A DNA stretch of 64,000 nucleotides, from the NCBI GenBank assembly GCA_002633005.1, contig NMRA01000286.1, forward strand, positions 422,503 to 486,502, in the 5' to 3' direction. Position numbers and translations under genes: made by a program. The stretch comes from Phoronis australis. Lineage: Eukaryota; Animalia; Phoronida. The notes under the pieces were generated by a model. That model ran no database searches. It was not told where the DNA came from and saw only the letters and a list, made by a program, of their open reading frames with translations. This document shows positions 61,301 to 64,000 of the stretch, in pieces. Position 1 is the stretch's first letter. Each line of letters starts with the position of its first letter.

Positions 61301-63572
61301 TGCCTCCGAACGTACCCCATTGCGTGCAATTCCGGGAACTAGCAGTGATTCACCCTGTGCTGTTGTCTCTAGCCCAGAGCCTGTAAGCAGCCCTGCAGCG
61401 ATGTTGAGTAGTGGGAGTGAATACAGGTCCAGTTCGACACCCATTGAAGAGGACAGTTTGTCATCCAATGAACAGATCGGTGAGCCTAAGTTTGATAAGT
61501 TTATTGTGGACTTGTATTGGAGCTATTTAGAGGGTGCCAGGTGTGTGGCGAGGGAGTCACACGGCGGAATGTAAGGAATTTGGGTGCTCAGATCACCCTT
61601 CAGTGGGAGTGTGTCGCGGGACACTCGGGCAAGTGGGACAGTTCTTCCTCTGTACGTGAGACGATAATAAGTACACTCCAGTACGCAGCAACAGCGTGGC
61701 ACGTTGACAGACTCGTAAGCAAAAGCAAACGACGACCGAACTTATCACAACCGAGGTAGAGCAATGACTGACTCGACTGCTCTGACTCACACTCAGACTA
61801 TATGAAAAGAAACTGGCGCGAAATTCTTGCCTACTAAAACGTCACTTCTGGAGTAGACGACGAGAAATCAGTAAAAAAGTGAAAAATATGTCTGGGATAA
61901 TCAACGAACCTTAGTTTTGCTAAAAATGACAAGAAAAAAGGTTGCCTTCGCCTTTAAAAAAGAAACGAGCGATATCATCTTTGGGCCACCGTTCAGAGAA
62001 ATATTTTTTCACTCACGTGCAAAATTGCACCTAGCTTGAAATTGTCAGGCAGTGGTCGACCATTTCGCTTAGCAGCCTTATGCAATGCTTTGAGTGCTTC
62101 GTCCTCTCTTCCTTTTGTGAGAAACCATCGCGGAGAAGGATAGACTATCCTGGAAACAGAAGATTCGTGTAAAGCCATCGCTGCGGGTCCTCATTACTCA
62201 AAACCCGGTTGATAACATTAAAAACTCTATTATGTCCTAAGCTTGAGAGCAGTTAAATATTGTATGGCACTGGTCAATATATGTATTTATCACGTACCCA
62301 GGTCTGATGTGTGTGTATTTTGCTACCGTCTCTGTCTAGTGTCCGGCGACCCGTGACTGCTTCTTAACATACCAAGAGACTATCTAGTCTTCACGAAATC
62401 TGCACGTTTGCCAAGTTCTTTTGAATGTTTTCATATCATGCGTTCTTATCAACAAGGTGGACTGTATTTCAAAAGGGCTCTAGTGGCGGATTTAGAGAGG
62501 CGGCCAAGGGGCCAAGCCCCCCTAAAATTCTCACAGAATCCATTTGGCAGTTCGGGGTGTGAATTGCTGACTGTCATATGCGCGCACCTAGGGGGCTTGG
62601 AGGGCTGAATGAACCATATATAGCCTTGAACAAACCCAGTTTCCCTTTTTTCTTTTTTAGTAATAAGGCCCAAAACCCAGAAGTTCAAACCCCCTACATC
62701 CCTACATTTCAGGCTAGGTGTGCGCATGTGGCGAAATTCTGGTTATTCCTGTGCCCTGGCCCCCCTAACTCAAAATCCTGGATCCGCCCCTGGGCTCTGA
62801 CATTTTTTACGTAAAGGGCTTCACCCGTTGAAGGTATAAGTAGCCACATTGTCTCAAGGCATTGTCCTGAATCTTATGTAACGTTGCTGGCGAGCAGATT
62901 TCAGATATTGAAAAAATCCACATAGTAGAGCAGGTACAGGTAAATAGTCGTATGCTGCAAACCACTTACAAGTAAACGACTACTCCAAGGGCGAGAGGTA
63001 CGCTCGTGGCCAGCACAAGATGGCGCCAATCTCGGCAGAAGTTTGCAATCACTCCCAACAAAACGCACCCGAGACCCCAAGTTACGGAGGCAACTGCTTG
63101 GAGCTGCATTCGCGTATCTGATGTTGCCCATTCCTGAGCTGAAACAATAACGAGAGGGAAAAAGAGGGAGTGGTTATTGGACTTCTGTATGCATTATGGT
63201 GGAACTGACATTTTAGTTTTCTTAATCCTCATTTCTACAGTCTGTGCGTGTCTTAGGTGCGAAATTGTGGGTTCGTTGTTGCCAGCATGATGAAGATGAA
63301 CCATGTCACGAAATGAACATGATGACATTACCCATTTGTCTACTTTTTACAGCAGAATGTATATCAAGACCATATAGTACATCCCCCACCCTTAAAATTC
63401 CGAAAAGGATTAATTACCTAATACGTAGGCACTTTTGGTTAATCCGCCGGTAAAGGAACCCACTATGAACCTAAGTGTGGTGAACACGGCGTAATTTGGC
63501 GAGAAGTAGACACCAACGGCAAAGACTGTCTGACCAACCGAAGTAATCAATACTGTTTTGCGCCGACCAAAT
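55232..63572 (-). CDS. SLC22-family organic cation/anion transporter (MFS), 3' seven exons; 5' part beyond the right edge
   Basis: Exons 63418-63572, 62970-63138, 62017-62149, 58725-59019, 57278-57459, 56053-56207, 55232-55316 in consistent phase. Motifs RFGRRK, DWRHL, PSPRW, DLVRTPNLRK, YTTEVYPTPIRTTGLG, PET..RPLVDTVEDAE; ends ...DQDKVQL*. Confidence 0.92.
56053..56207 (-). CDS. SLC22-like exon (LPYVVFG...VPETYERPL)
   Basis: 155 nt, TAG/GTATAG. Confidence 0.88.
56325..56698. mobile_element. Foldback element interrupted by a nested MITE (56386-56546)
   Basis: CACAGGCACCTTTAATCAGCCCTCAAC... mirrored by ...GTTGAGGGCTGATTAAAGGTGCCTGTG; the left arm resumes after the insert at ~56549. Confidence 0.8.
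57278..57459 (-). CDS. SLC22-like exon (EVYPTPIR motif)
   Basis: 182 nt, AAG/GTAAG. Confidence 0.88.
58725..59019 (-). CDS. SLC22-like exon (VKKESPSAVDLVRTPNLRK...)
   Basis: 295 nt, AAG/GTAAG. Confidence 0.88.
59948..60480. repeat. Degenerate direct repeats (~210-bp period)
   Basis: CCCCAAA..ATCT..GAA(A)TGCTGTT at ~59953, ~60220 and ~60382, with similar downstream sequence in copies 1 and 3. Confidence 0.5.
60651..61953 (+). mobile_element. Internally deleted Kolobok-like DNA transposon with THAP-domain pseudogene (SLC22 intron)
   Basis: TTGA|AGGCGTAGGCAACC ... GGTTGCCTTCGCCT|TTAA (TTAA-type TSD, AGG/CCT ends); ~300-bp TIRs; frameshifted THAP (MPRCCCVPGC, RRFPKD..LR..W, VCGKYF, LKKCTIPSL) and CxxC..C..H..W.S finger; no DDE domain. 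Confidence 0.8.
62017..62149 (-). CDS. SLC22-like exon (IVYPSPRWFLTKGR...)
   Basis: 133 nt, CAG/GTGAGT. Confidence 0.9.
62481..62792. mobile_element. MITE (TAGTGGCGGAT...ATCCGCCCCTG) with 5-bp GGCTC TSD
   Basis: GGCTC|TAGTGGCGGATTTAG ... CTGGATCCGCCCCTG|GGCTC. Confidence 0.7.
62970..63138 (-). CDS. SLC22-like exon (AQEWATSDTR...DWRHLVLA...VVYL)
   Basis: 169 nt, CAG/GTAAGT; correct frame absent from the ORF track. Confidence 0.88.
63418..63572 (-). CDS. SLC22-like exon (FGRRKTVL...SAYVL)
   Basis: 155 nt, CAG/GTAAT. Confidence 0.9.
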
Positions 63573-64000
63573 CTGGGGAAGAGAAAAAGAAGAAACATTT
63601 TCCAAAGGGGTTCGTAGGACCCTAGACAAACGATCAAATTAGGCTAACTTGGGAACAACCAATCTCAGAAATGATTGATCGGATTTGTATGAAACTTTCA
63701 GGTACTATGCCTTGTGCAGTGTTTTTCAAAACGCCGTTAGGAATTGTTTTTCAAATGTTTCGCTTTTGCAAAACTGATATCAGAATATAAGATTTTTATA
63801 ATTTTCATCACAAAAATCTAAAATTGCATGAAACGAAAAGGACATTATATTTTAGAAATCTGTAACAACATGTTTATCATGACTTTCTACTTTAAGAAAA
63901 CATACCCTTTTACTTAGTTAAAGTTTATAGTTTTGTAGGTATTTGGCTAAGTACACCGACAGATGGTGAAGGTCCTACATGCCAATAAAATTACCATGCC

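Overview
Eukaryotic, intron-rich genomic DNA, probably from a marine invertebrate (species not determinable from sequence). Three spliced protein-coding genes were reconstructed by hand, exon by exon, with consistent splice phases. (1) The 5' half of rootletin/CROCC lies on the minus strand (186-26481) and runs off the left edge. It has a cluster of three paralogous, apparently mutually exclusive coiled-coil exons, a likely second upstream N-terminus (29535-29660 + 28487-28522) and an RFX X-box in the promoter. (2) A complete 8-exon, 358-aa sorbitol-dehydrogenase-like Zn-MDR gene lies on the plus strand (37002-51884), with a remodelled substrate pocket. (3) The 3' seven exons of an SLC22-type transporter lie on the minus strand (55232-63572). 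Introns and intergenic DNA hold a decayed Penelope-like retroelement with a hammerhead remnant, a Ty3/Gypsy gag-protease relic and a Kolobok-like THAP element whose ~300-bp TIRs include the ORF start. They also hold several foldback/MITE elements, including a set with CA...TG termini and 5-bp TSDs, one of them Transib/RAG-like. Family assignments come from motif recognition and recalled homologue sequences; no database search was run.
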